Assembly: GCA_002772545.1 (NCBI GenBank)
Contig: PFDR01000015.1
Coordinates: forward strand, 1-54,410
Reading direction: 5' to 3'
DNA: 54,410 nt
From: Candidatus Peregrinibacteria bacterium CG10_big_fil_rev_8_21_14_0_10_49_10
GTDB lineage: Bacteria > Patescibacteriota > Gracilibacteria > Peribacterales > Peribacteraceae
In this document: in pieces, positions 17,931 to 27,447 of the stretch
Position numbering within the stretch: position 1 is the stretch's first letter
How the letters are laid out: each line of letters starts with the position of its first letter
Notes under the pieces: generated by a model
The model's input: only the letters and a program-made list of their open reading frames with translations
Told to the model about the DNA's origin: nothing
The model's database searches: none
Translations under genes and position numbers: made by a program

Positions 17931-19280
17931 CTAACGCGACTCCTCCTTGGTTACCCAGCGCAGCGGAGTTCCCTCAAAGGCATATGTTTTCCGTATCGCG
18001 TTATCCAGTGTTCGTAGTTGTGAAACGCGTACATGCTTCGCATTTTTTACAAAGACCACAAATGTAGGGGGTATTTCTTCCGCCTGTGTAATGTGCTTTG
18101 CACTGGCCAGAGCCCCCATAGGATGCTTGCTCACCGCTTCGCGGAACCAGCGGTGCAGGTCATGTGTGGGAATTCTCCGGGAGCGGTTTCTGTGCACCGA
18201 TTCAATAAGCGGGAAGATAGAGAGTAAACCTTCTTTCGAAACAGCAGAGCAAACAAGCAGTGGTGCATATCTACAGAAGAGGAGTGCGTTCTGTACCTGC
18301 GTGAGTACATGCTCCTTTTCCGCACTGCTCACCTGGTCCATTTTGTTCAGGAGAACGATAAGACCTTTTCCTTCCTCATTTGCCATCGCTGCTATGCGTT
18401 TATCTTGTTTTGAAACAGGCTGTGTGGCATCCAAAATAAGTACGCAAATGTCACAGTGCTCCAGTACCTGTATGCTCCTAAAGGATGCAAATGTTTCCAT
18501 TTCACTTTTGCGTGTCTGCTTCTGCCGCTTGAGACCGGCAGTATCTATAAACAGGTAGTCCTTCTCGTGGAAGCGGATGACGGTATCTATGGCATCGCGC
18601 GTGGTACCGGGAATATCAGAAACCAGCAGTGGAGATGCCTTGCGCTGTGGTTCACTCATGAGCGCATTGACTATAGAACTCTTGCCCACATTGGGTTTGC
18701 CGATAATAGCAATTTTTGGCATTTCCTCTGCCTCTCCGGACTCGTCCTTTTGAAAATGCAGACCAAGAAGCTCTTCTACTATGGTACTTTCCAAATCTTC
18801 TATGCCAATCTTGTGTGGTGCACTTGTTGCAACGATATGGTCTGCTATACCCAGAGCAAAGTACTGCGGGAGTATTCCATCAATCTTCTCAGGATTATCA
18901 CATTTGGTAAGTGCAAGAATCACCGGGACATGTTTGCGCTTGTTTTTTCGAAGCGTATCCACACATGCAAAATCACTGGAGGTAAGTTCTTCGGTGCTGT
19001 TAATGGTAAATATGATGAGGTCGGCGTGTTCCAGGGCAAGCAAAGACTGTTGCTGCACGTCATCTTCCAGGTCAGTATCCTGCGTGCCTCCTCCCATACC
19101 ACCCGTATCAAGAAGCACATAATCCACTTTTTCACCTTCCACCCGGTGTGCCACCTGATCCCGTGTTGTTCCCGGTGTATCACTTACTATTGCCTTACGA
19201 CGACCAACCAGCCTGTTAAACAGGGTTGATTTTCCGGTATTGGGTCGGCCGATAATGGCAACGACAGGGAGTTTTGGCAT
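17931..19280 (-). CDS. der: Ribosome-biogenesis GTPase Der (EngA), with two tandem G domains
   Basis: The two P-loops are GRPNTGKSTLFNRL and GKPNVGKSSIVNAL. Motifs DTGG and DTAG, NKCD-like LTKCD and NKMD, and a KH-like C-terminus are present. The start is MPKLPVVAI (ATG at 19280). Confidence 0.95.
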   Translation of the reverse strand: MPKLPVVAIIGRPNTGKSTLFNRLVGRRKAIVSDTPGTTRDQVAHRVEGEKVDYVLLDTGGMGGGTQDTDLEDDVQQQSLLALEHADLIIFTINSTEELTSSDFACVDTLRKNKRKHVPVILALTKCDNPEKIDGILPQYFALGIADHIVATSAPHKIGIEDLESTIVEELLGLHFQKDESGEAEEMPKIAIIGKPNVGKSSIVNALMSEPQRKASPLLVSDIPGTTRDAIDTVIRFHEKDYLFIDTAGLKRQKQTRKSEMETFASFRSIQVLEHCDICVLILDATQPVSKQDKRIAAMANEEGKGLIVLLNKMDQVSSAEKEHVLTQVQNALLFCRYAPLLVCSAVSKEGLLSIFPLIESVHRNRSRRIPTHDLHRWFREAVSKHPMGALASAKHITQAEEIPPTFVVFVKNAKHVRVSQLRTLDNAIRKTYAFEGTPLRWVTKEESR

Positions 19281-19381
19281 GAGAAAGGGAGTATAGAGAC
19301 TTTTGGGTAGTATTGCACCTCTCCTTGGAACGTATCTAAAGTGTAGGAATACTTGCCTCATACCGCTATCCTATACCCATC

Positions 19382-21826
19382 ATGAACCCCTACGATCCAT
19401 CCTCTGTTGAGGCAAAATGGCAGAAGAAGTGGGAAGAGGAAGGTGCCTATGCCATAGATCTCAAGAAGGCGAAAAACCCGTACTACAGCATGGTGATGTT
19501 CCCGTACCCCAGTGGCGATAAACTTCATGTGGGTCACTGGTACAACTTTGCTCCGGCCGACAGTTTCTCACGCTACATGCGCATGCAAGGGAAGGATGTT
19601 TTCTGTCCTATGGGATTTGATGCGTTTGGCCTCCCGGCAGAAAATTACGCTATTAAAACAGGTATTCACCCCGATGAATCCATTACAACCAATACGCAGA
19701 CCATGACGACACAGCTGAGGCGCATAGGTTGTATGTACGACTGGTCCAAAACCGTCAATACGAGCAAGCCAGAGTACTACAGGTGGACACAATGGCTCTT
19801 TCTGCAGATGTTTAAAAACGGTTTGGCGTACAGGAAGGATGCAAGTGTGAACTGGTGTACAAGTTGCCAAACAGTTCTTGCAAATGAACAGTGCCAGGAT
19901 GGCAAATGTGAGAGGTGCGGAACTGAAATAGTGCACAAACCTATGACCCAATGGTTCTGGAAGATAACGGAGTATGCACAACGTCTCCTTGATAATCATA
20001 AGAGCCTTGATTGGCCACAGAAGACAATTCTTATGCAGGAGAACTGGATTGGTCGTAGTGAGGGGTGTGATGTCTGCTGGAACGTTGATGGCTCAGATAT
20101 TGTATTGGATACGTTTACGACTACCGTCGATACAATCTATGGAGTTACATTTGCTGTTATTTCTCCCGAGCATCCACATCTTGATCAGATTTTAGGAGAT
20201 GAACATCGCACTGCAGTTTTGGAATATAGGAAGGAGGCGATAAGGAAAACTGATATTGACCGTATTGCAGCAGGTAAAGAGAAAACAGGTGTAGATACAG
20301 GTGCATTATTAATCCATCCTTTTACCGGAGAGAAAATTCCACTATGGGTTGCTGATTATGTACTTATGAATTATGGCACGGGAGTGGTTATGGGAGTTCC
20401 GGCTCATGACCAACGTGATAGGGACTTTGCGATAAGGTACGGGTTCAGTATTGTCGAAAGTATTGAGTCTCCTGATGGCAAATCATTTGTATACGATGAA
20501 GTTGATAAATATTGCTTAAAGGGAAAAATAATACATTCGGGCGAGTTCACAGGTATGGATATCCTTGAGGGTAGAAAGAGAATCACTGAAGTTTTGGAAA
20601 AAAGAAAAATGGGAAAATGTAAAATTCAATACAAACTGCGTGACTGGTCGATTTCCCGCCAGCGTTACTGGGGTGCTCCTATTCCTATTGTGTACGATCC
20701 CGAAGGGAATCCGCATTCCATTCCCGAAGAACATCTACCCTGGGAATTGCCACATGATGTTGAGTTTAAGCCAACCGGAACAGCCCCACTTGCCCAGAGT
20801 AAGGAACTCAAACAACGTACCGAAGAGATTTTTGGAAAGGGTTGGACTCCGGAAGTAGACACCATGGATACTTTCGTTTGTTCTTCCTTCTATCAGTTTC
20901 GGTACCTTGCTGAGGGCTCTGAGAAGCAACTCATTTCTCCGGAAATTGAGAAAAAGTGGATACCTGTGGACATGTACATCGGCGGACCTGAGCACGCATG
21001 TATGCACCTTATCTATACGCGCTTTGTAACTATGGCACTCAAAGACTTTGGATTTCTCACGCATGAAGAGCCCTTTAAGCGCCTTGTTCACCAGGGTCTT
21101 ATTACCAATAACGGCGCTAAAATGAGTAAGAGCAAAGGCAATGTGGTCAGTCCGGATGCTTTTGTAGAACGGTATGGCAGTGATACCTTCCGCATGTATC
21201 TTATGTTCATGGGCCCCTTTACGGAGGGGGGGGATTGGAGTGATACGGGTATAAAAGGAATGGATAGATTTGTACAAAGAATTTGGAAATATTTTAGTAA
21301 TAGAATATCACTTGAGCCCAATATAAAGGGAAAAAGTAAGAACAAAAAAGTTGAACAAAAAAAAGAAGTTACTGTAAAGCTTCATGCAACTATACAGAAG
21401 GTGACAGCAGATATAGAGCGTCTCCATTTTAATACCGCACTTTCTGCACTCATGGAGCTACTGAATCTTTTAGAGAAACAGGAGTCTGTTTCTACAGAAG
21501 TTTCACAGGTATTTGCCACACTCCTTGCTCCGCTGGCACCACATCTGGCAGAAGAGCTCTGGGAACTTTCGGGAGGTCAGGGTTTTGTTATAGATCAGCA
21601 GTGGCCGGAGTTTCATGCCTCTGAGCTTGTGCAGGTAAGCATTACTATTGCTGTGCAGGTAAACGGCAAGCTACGCGGAGAGTTCACTGCCGCACCGGAT
21701 GTGTCTGAAGCGGACGCCATAGCACTGGCAAAACAAGATGAGAATGTCCGGAAGTATCTCGAGGGCACTACCATCAAGAAAGAGATCTACATAAAAGGGA
21801 AGCTGGTGAGTTTAGTGCTGTCATAG
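19382..21826 (+). CDS. leuS: Leucine--tRNA ligase
   Basis: 814 aa. It has the HIGH-type motif PYPSGDKLHVGH, a CP1 editing domain, the KMSKS motif and Zn-binding cysteines CTSCQTVLANEQ...CERCG. Confidence 0.97.
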   Translation: MNPYDPSSVEAKWQKKWEEEGAYAIDLKKAKNPYYSMVMFPYPSGDKLHVGHWYNFAPADSFSRYMRMQGKDVFCPMGFDAFGLPAENYAIKTGIHPDESITTNTQTMTTQLRRIGCMYDWSKTVNTSKPEYYRWTQWLFLQMFKNGLAYRKDASVNWCTSCQTVLANEQCQDGKCERCGTEIVHKPMTQWFWKITEYAQRLLDNHKSLDWPQKTILMQENWIGRSEGCDVCWNVDGSDIVLDTFTTTVDTIYGVTFAVISPEHPHLDQILGDEHRTAVLEYRKEAIRKTDIDRIAAGKEKTGVDTGALLIHPFTGEKIPLWVADYVLMNYGTGVVMGVPAHDQRDRDFAIRYGFSIVESIESPDGKSFVYDEVDKYCLKGKIIHSGEFTGMDILEGRKRITEVLEKRKMGKCKIQYKLRDWSISRQRYWGAPIPIVYDPEGNPHSIPEEHLPWELPHDVEFKPTGTAPLAQSKELKQRTEEIFGKGWTPEVDTMDTFVCSSFYQFRYLAEGSEKQLISPEIEKKWIPVDMYIGGPEHACMHLIYTRFVTMALKDFGFLTHEEPFKRLVHQGLITNNGAKMSKSKGNVVSPDAFVERYGSDTFRMYLMFMGPFTEGGDWSDTGIKGMDRFVQRIWKYFSNRISLEPNIKGKSKNKKVEQKKEVTVKLHATIQKVTADIERLHFNTALSALMELLNLLEKQESVSTEVSQVFATLLAPLAPHLAEELWELSGGQGFVIDQQWPEFHASELVQVSITIAVQVNGKLRGEFTAAPDVSEADAIALAKQDENVRKYLEGTTIKKEIYIKGKLVSLVLS

Positions 21827-21838
21827 CTATGAGCTATG

Positions 21839-21856
21839 AGCTTATAGCTATAAGCT
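21839..21856. repeat. 18-nt perfect palindrome agcttatagctataagct within an AGCTAT-rich spacer
   Basis: I checked the reverse complement by hand. It lies between the leuS stop (21826) and the next ATG (21863). Confidence 0.8.
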
Positions 21857-21862
21857 AGCTCT

Positions 21863-23296
21863 ATGTCTGATCATCCCTTTGACCGTTATGCAACCTTCAC
21901 TGATCTCAGTACACTGAAGGAGTACAGCGCAAAGCCCTTGCGCAGATGTGTACGTGTGAATACCCTCCTTTCCTCTGTAGAGGAACTGAAGGACTGGGCG
22001 GCAAAGAAACAATGGAAACTCGAATCCGTCCCCTGGTGTGCTACAGGCTTTTTTGTTGATCGTGATGACCGCTCTATTCCTCTGGGCAAAGACCTCTTAC
22101 ATCTTCTGGGCCATTTTTACTTTCAGGAGGCGAGTAGTATGTTGCCTGTAGCCCTGCTGCAGCCTCAGCCACAGGAAATAATTTTGGATATGTCTGCTGC
22201 ACCGGGCAGCAAGACCACACAAATTGCTGCCTGTATGGATCTACAAGGCGTTGTTATTGCAAATGATATTGTGGACAACCGCCTGAAGACACTCAAGTCT
22301 GCTCTGCAGAGGAGCGGTGTACTCAATGTCATCATCACGAAGAAAGTTGGCCAGTGGTTTGCAAAGCACATGACAGAGCGTTTTGACCGTGTACTTTTGG
22401 ATGCTCCCTGTACAGGACAGGGGACAAGTCGCAAAGATCCAGACGCCTTGGAGTACTGCAGTGAGCAGAGCATCCGCAAGTCCGCAAAATTACAGAGAGA
22501 GCTTCTGGAATCTGCTCTGCACGCTACAAAAATTGGTGGTCGCATTGTCTATTCCACTTGCACATTAACCCCGGAAGAGAACGAAGAAGTGGTACAGGAC
22601 ATATTGAACAAATTTAGTGATCAAGTAGAAGTTATAGACCCAAGAAAAATAGCTTGCAATGGGTCTGAAACAAAATTTGATATCTGTATGCATGATTCAG
22701 GAAAAGTGCAGTCTGGAGCAGGGGACTTGCCCTTTCTGCGTATCTGGCCACAGACGTATAATACAGAAGGATTCTTTTGTGCGGTTCTGCAGAAGACGGC
22801 TTCTACCAGGCAGCCCGAGCATATGGAAATCAAACATTTTCGTGAAATGCCCGTACCAAAAGGGAACGCACGGAGCATATCTGCTTTTCTTTCTCAGCGG
22901 TATGGAGTGAATATGATAGGTGAGCACGAGCAGCTGTTCGACAAAGGAGATCATCTACTCATTACAACACAGGATGTAGCATCCTTTCCCTTGCCGGTTA
23001 TGGATTACTCTCTTGGTATGCCTTTTGGTCGAAGGCTGCGGGACATTCCGGTTTACATAGATCACGAGATGGCTGTACTAAGAGGTGGCGCAGCAACTTT
23101 AAATGTTTGCCATATAGATGAAGACCAATTGCAGCAGCTCTTGCGTGGGAGTGACATTTCGTGTGATGCTGCGTTGTTCGGGCACGTACTCGTTCACTAT
23201 GGCAACTGGTGTATTGGTCGCGGTCGTGCACGTAATGGTGTGCTGAAAAACCACCTTCCACGATGGATGATTTATCAAATGCAGGATGTTGTGTGA
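21863..23296 (+). CDS. NOL1/NOP2/Sun-family RNA cytosine-C5 methyltransferase (RsmB/RsmF-like)
   Basis: The SAM motif DMSAAPGSKT is present, as are the catalytic motifs DRVLLDAPCTGQGTSRKDP and GGRIVYSTCTLTPEENE. A C-terminal RsmF-like extension follows. Confidence 0.85.
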   Translation: MSDHPFDRYATFTDLSTLKEYSAKPLRRCVRVNTLLSSVEELKDWAAKKQWKLESVPWCATGFFVDRDDRSIPLGKDLLHLLGHFYFQEASSMLPVALLQPQPQEIILDMSAAPGSKTTQIAACMDLQGVVIANDIVDNRLKTLKSALQRSGVLNVIITKKVGQWFAKHMTERFDRVLLDAPCTGQGTSRKDPDALEYCSEQSIRKSAKLQRELLESALHATKIGGRIVYSTCTLTPEENEEVVQDILNKFSDQVEVIDPRKIACNGSETKFDICMHDSGKVQSGAGDLPFLRIWPQTYNTEGFFCAVLQKTASTRQPEHMEIKHFREMPVPKGNARSISAFLSQRYGVNMIGEHEQLFDKGDHLLITTQDVASFPLPVMDYSLGMPFGRRLRDIPVYIDHEMAVLRGGAATLNVCHIDEDQLQQLLRGSDISCDAALFGHVLVHYGNWCIGRGRARNGVLKNHLPRWMIYQMQDVV

Positions 23297-23316
23297 AGTG
23301 CTATGCTGATTCCCTC

Positions 23317-25062
23317 ATGGATCCCGTATTTGAAATAAAGGCTCGTTTACCCATCGATGAACTTGTTGGTGGCTACTGTACGTTGCTCAAGAAAGGAAGG
23401 CACCTGCATTGCATCTGTCCGTTCCACAATGACTCGCATCCCAGTATGCTGGTCTCACCTGAAAAAGGTATTGCCTACTGTTTTGCCTGCAATAGTGGTG
23501 GCGATATTTTCAGTTTTTACCAAAAAATTGAGGGAGTGGATTTTAGGCAGGCACTCAAAGATTTAGGAGAGAGAGCAGGTGTCGATGTTTCCGATGTACA
23601 GGCAGATCCGGTAAAGAAGGATCTCAAAGATCGTCTGCGTTCCTGTCTGGAAGAGGCGCAGAAGTTCTACGCAGCTTCTCTTGCACAGAGTGAGACAGCC
23701 AGGAAATATCTGGACAAGCGCGGGATTCCCGAAAAGCAAACGAAACAATTTGGATTGGGCTATGCACCTGATTCCTTTTCCCACACCTACGAGCATTTGC
23801 TGAAGCAGGGGTTTTCCAAGAGTGAGATTTTACAGTGTGGTCTTGTGATTCAGAAAGACCTCTCCGAAGGCAAAGTGTACGACCGTTTTCGCAATCGTCT
23901 TATGTTTCCCATTCATGACCATCAGGGGAAGTTTGTCGCCTTTGGCGGGAGGACTCTTGGTGATGATGATGCGAAGTATATTAATTCCGCAGAGAGCCCT
24001 TTGTACCATAAATCATCGGTTCTCTATGGTTATCACCATGCAAAAGAGGCCATGCGTGAAAGTAAGAAAGTAGTGATGGTCGAAGGGTACTTTGATGTTC
24101 TCGCGTGTCATCGCAGCGGTGTACACAATGCCGTTGCTGTTTGTGGTACTGCCTTTACAACAGAGCAGGCCAAAATTCTCAAACGTTCCATAGAAACAGT
24201 GGTGCTGTGTCTGGACCAGGATGCGGCAGGACGGCAGGCTGCCGAGCGCGCATATCACCTCTGTAGTGGAGATGAATTGCATGTACATATTGCCGTATTG
24301 CCAGAGAAGGATCCCGATGAAATGGCAACAAAAGATCCAAAGCTTCTTACAGAGATACTCTCTAAACAGGATGTACCCTACCTTGATTTTGTTTTACAGA
24401 ATTTGAGTACCGAAGATGTCACATCTGTGGAAGGCAAGCGTCTCATACTCAGTACCATGCTTCCTCTGCTTGACTCCATTCCCACAGCCGTGGAGCAGTC
24501 CCACTATCTTGCCAAAGTTGCAGGGCTTCTGGGAACTACAGAGACCGTGCTGAAGGAAGATCTTGTACACTTTTCCAAGCCCCAATTCCGTACACAGGAA
24601 CAATCCCATGACCAGGAGCACCATGATAAAAAAAAGCCTTTTTCCAGTATGGAATTTGCTTTGGTACTTTTTCTCTTCTATCCACAGCACCGGCACCTGC
24701 TGGATCAGCTTATTTTCCCCGAAGGAGATGCAGAAGAGAGTTTTTACACAGCGGTGCAACATGTCCCTGAAGGTAAAGTGCTTTCTGCAGAAATGATAGA
24801 TGTACCGGAAGAGGAGAGGGAGCGTCTTTCTATTTTACTTCTCTACTGTGAGAACCACCTGCTTACAGAGTGGTCCGATACTATGGCAGAACAGGAAATG
24901 AAAAAGAATTGCCGAAAAGCCAACCGGGACTTTTTGCAGCGCAAACAACGCGATATTGCACGGCAGCTTACCAAGGCCAGAACCGAAGGACGTCGCCAGG
25001 ATGAAGCCCAGCTGGCCACTCAGTACCAGCAGGTACTGAAGCTTTCGAAGATGGCACTGTAG
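23317..25062 (+). CDS. dnaG: DNA primase
   Basis: The CHC2 zinc finger reads [30 protein letters not shown]. The RNA-polymerase core ([12 protein letters not shown]) and the TOPRIM domain ([18 protein letters not shown]) are present. The ATG at 23317 avoids overlapping the upstream gene. Confidence 0.93.
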   Translation: MDPVFEIKARLPIDELVGGYCTLLKKGRHLHCICPFHNDSHPSMLVSPEKGIAYCFACNSGGDIFSFYQKIEGVDFRQALKDLGERAGVDVSDVQADPVKKDLKDRLRSCLEEAQKFYAASLAQSETARKYLDKRGIPEKQTKQFGLGYAPDSFSHTYEHLLKQGFSKSEILQCGLVIQKDLSEGKVYDRFRNRLMFPIHDHQGKFVAFGGRTLGDDDAKYINSAESPLYHKSSVLYGYHHAKEAMRESKKVVMVEGYFDVLACHRSGVHNAVAVCGTAFTTEQAKILKRSIETVVLCLDQDAAGRQAAERAYHLCSGDELHVHIAVLPEKDPDEMATKDPKLLTEILSKQDVPYLDFVLQNLSTEDVTSVEGKRLILSTMLPLLDSIPTAVEQSHYLAKVAGLLGTTETVLKEDLVHFSKPQFRTQEQSHDQEHHDKKKPFSSMEFALVLFLFYPQHRHLLDQLIFPEGDAEESFYTAVQHVPEGKVLSAEMIDVPEEERERLSILLLYCENHLLTEWSDTMAEQEMKKNCRKANRDFLQRKQRDIARQLTKARTEGRRQDEAQLATQYQQVLKLSKMAL

Positions 25063-25139
25063 CCTACGACTCAGATATGGGTTTTTTCTTACAGTTCCTC
25101 TTTGCTTTCATCCGGGGATCAAAGTACCCTACTCTGCGA

Positions 25140-25167
25140 TTGGCGAATGCCTCTTTTCGCCTATACT
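25140..25167 (+). promoter_or_regulatory. Putative promoter: TTGGCG, 16-nt spacer, TATACT, ending 10 nt before the rpoD ATG
   Basis: The -10 element is at 25162-25167 and the ATG at 25178. The -35 match is weak. Confidence 0.35.
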
Positions 25168-25177
25168 GCATGTCCAC

Positions 25178-26650
25178 ATGGCATCACATCCGAGAAAATT
25201 CATAGCCCAGCCTACCGATGATGATCTGAAGGGCTTGCCCGAAGATGTAAAGCACCTCATTAAAAAAGGGCGTGAGCAGCGCTATGTCACGCACCAGGAG
25301 ATTATGAAAGTTGTTCCCACTGTGGAAAAGAACGTAGATCTTCTGGATGAAATTTATACACTCTTGGTGGATTTGGGCATACAGATCATAGATGTGAAAG
25401 ATGCTCTCATCTGGCAGAAGAAGTCCCGCATGGACTTAGGTGAGCCAACAGAGGACCTCACAGAGGTCGCTACTTTCGATGAGTCTGATATCGAAGCCGA
25501 TGGAGAGAGTGATGCGGATGCCGAAAGTGACACAGATGATGACGATGATGATGCTACCGACTCTGGCGATGTAAAGGCTAAAAAAGTCCAGAAGACCAGT
25601 GCTGACGGAGATGATGATGCACTGGATGTTATTGCGACGGCAGGTATTGCCATAGACGAGAAGGAGATCACGGATGAAGAAAAGGGAAAGCGCAGACGTG
25701 AGCGTGAGGTAGATCTGCTGGAAATCAGCAATGACTCCGTGCGTATGTATCTCTCGGAAATCGGTCGTGTACCTCTCATTGATGCGAAGAAGGAAGTGGA
25801 ACTTGCGCGTCGGATTCGCAAGGGTGATGCCTCTGCAAAGCAGCAACTGGCTGAGGCAAACCTCCGACTCGTTGTGAGCATTGCAAAAAAGTACATTGGT
25901 CGTGGGCTTTCCTTTCTTGACCTCATACAGGAAGGAAATATTGGTCTGTTTCGTGCTGTAGAGAAATTTGACCCGGAGCGTGGATTTAAGTTTTCCACCT
26001 ATGCAACCTGGTGGATTCGGCAGGCGATTACACGGGCTATTGCAGATCAGGCGCGTACCATTCGCATCCCTGTTCACATGGTGGAAACCATCAATAAGCT
26101 TACACACACGCAGCGTCGTTTGGTCCAGGAGCTGGGACGTGAACCCTCTGTGGAAGAATTGGCTGTAGAAATGGAAATGGATGTGAAGAAAGTTCGGCAC
26201 ATCAAGAAGATCAGCCAGGATATCATTTCCCTGGAATCACCCGTAGGGAGTGAGGAAGACAGCAAGCTCGGTGACTTTATAGAAGACGAAGAAGCCATTA
26301 ATCCGTTTGATGCAACAAATCGCCAGCTACGGAAAGAGAACGTACATTCCATGCTGGAGTTCCTTACGCCTCGTGAACGGAAAATTATTGAAATGCGTTT
26401 CGGGCTCAATGACGGCATTGGTCATACTCTGGAGGAAGTAGGAAAGGAATTCGGTGTGACCCGCGAACGCATACGTCAAATAGAAGCCAAGGTTTTACAG
26501 AAGATGCGCGACCATCCACGGTCACTCAGTATCCGTGAACACGGTGGAGCCCCCAAGCGTGTTGGTTTTACACCAAATGCACCTTTCCTGAGTGCTGAGG
26601 CATCACTGGAAAATCTCCTGAAGAAAGACTTGGAGGAGTCCGGAAAATAA
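25178..26650 (+). CDS. rpoD: Primary RNA polymerase sigma factor (sigma-70 family), with an acidic N-terminal insertion
   Basis: Regions 1.2 to 4 are recognisable: [57 protein letters not shown] and [20 protein letters not shown]. It follows dnaG, as in the conserved dnaG-rpoD operon. Confidence 0.95.
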   Translation: MASHPRKFIAQPTDDDLKGLPEDVKHLIKKGREQRYVTHQEIMKVVPTVEKNVDLLDEIYTLLVDLGIQIIDVKDALIWQKKSRMDLGEPTEDLTEVATFDESDIEADGESDADAESDTDDDDDDATDSGDVKAKKVQKTSADGDDDALDVIATAGIAIDEKEITDEEKGKRRREREVDLLEISNDSVRMYLSEIGRVPLIDAKKEVELARRIRKGDASAKQQLAEANLRLVVSIAKKYIGRGLSFLDLIQEGNIGLFRAVEKFDPERGFKFSTYATWWIRQAITRAIADQARTIRIPVHMVETINKLTHTQRRLVQELGREPSVEELAVEMEMDVKKVRHIKKISQDIISLESPVGSEEDSKLGDFIEDEEAINPFDATNRQLRKENVHSMLEFLTPRERKIIEMRFGLNDGIGHTLEEVGKEFGVTRERIRQIEAKVLQKMRDHPRSLSIREHGGAPKRVGFTPNAPFLSAEASLENLLKKDLEESGK

Positions 26651-26724
26651 CACAGCTGTTCAAAAAAGAGTCTCCTAGTTTTCACAGGGGAGACACTTCT
26701 CTGTAGAGACTACTTTGGCATAAG

Positions 26725-26934
26725 TTATTGACCTTTGCCTGGCAGAAGAAGGTACACACCGCTCAGACCGACCAGAACGTACACAACAGACTCAACCATC
26801 GGCCAACTACCCAGGATCATGGAAACAACGTTGAGGTCACTGCCCGTAAACTGGCCGATACCCACGAGTCCCCAGTTGAGAGCTCCAATGGTAACGAGCA
26901 GCTTTGCAATACTACTGATGAGTGTTTTTTCCAT
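26725..26934 (-). CDS. DUF378 family small membrane protein
   Basis: 69 aa. IAKLLVTIGALNWGLVGIG...NVVSMILGSWPMVESVVYVLVGLSGVYLL matches the DUF378 pattern (GALNWGL.G). Confidence 0.8.
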   Translation of the reverse strand: MEKTLISSIAKLLVTIGALNWGLVGIGQFTGSDLNVVSMILGSWPMVESVVYVLVGLSGVYLLLPGKGQ

Positions 26935-27023
26935 ACGAGAGAGAAAGGGAAGAAGATAAGAGGAGCCGTATCACAACAGGCCTGACCCCAGGGGAAAGGC
27001 CTGTGTGAAAGAAAAGCGATTGG

Positions 27024-27296
27024 CTACTTGCAGCACTTGCCGCTTTTTGCGAGTTTTAGAACTGTAGCAGCGCCTACAAGGAGGTAGACGAGGTTTTCTA
27101 TAGCAGGCATGCTGCCGAGGAGAATGTTGACAATGTTCAGATTAGAGCCGAGGAAGCCGCCAATACCAACGAGACCCCAGTTTAAGCCTCCGACGATAAT
27201 GAGGATCTTGACGACCTTACAGAGGGATCCGCCACCGCCACAGGAGCCGCCGGAAGAGTGACCTGCATTGGTAGGAGAAGGAGAAGGAGTTACCAT
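27024..27296 (-). CDS. DUF378 family paralogue with a Gly/Cys-rich N-terminal extension and a C-terminal CCK
   Basis: VKILIIVGGLNWGLVGIGGFLGSNLNIVNILLGSMPAIENLVYLLVGAA is the DUF378 core. The start is uncertain: the ATG at 27296 is preferred, and the ORF stays open to 27401. Confidence 0.7.
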   Translation of the reverse strand: MVTPSPSPTNAGHSSGGSCGGGGSLCKVVKILIIVGGLNWGLVGIGGFLGSNLNIVNILLGSMPAIENLVYLLVGAATVLKLAKSGKCCK

Positions 27297-27447
27297 AAGT
27301 GAAAATGGGGAAGAATACGGCTTACACTGTATCATGGATGGCATCCTCAAAATACACTTAGCACATAGGTATAGGGTATCTGGCAAGTGAAGTGTGAACA
27401 TCAGTTTATCGTTCTAAAGACCTCTGCATATGTGATAGCATGCGCGT

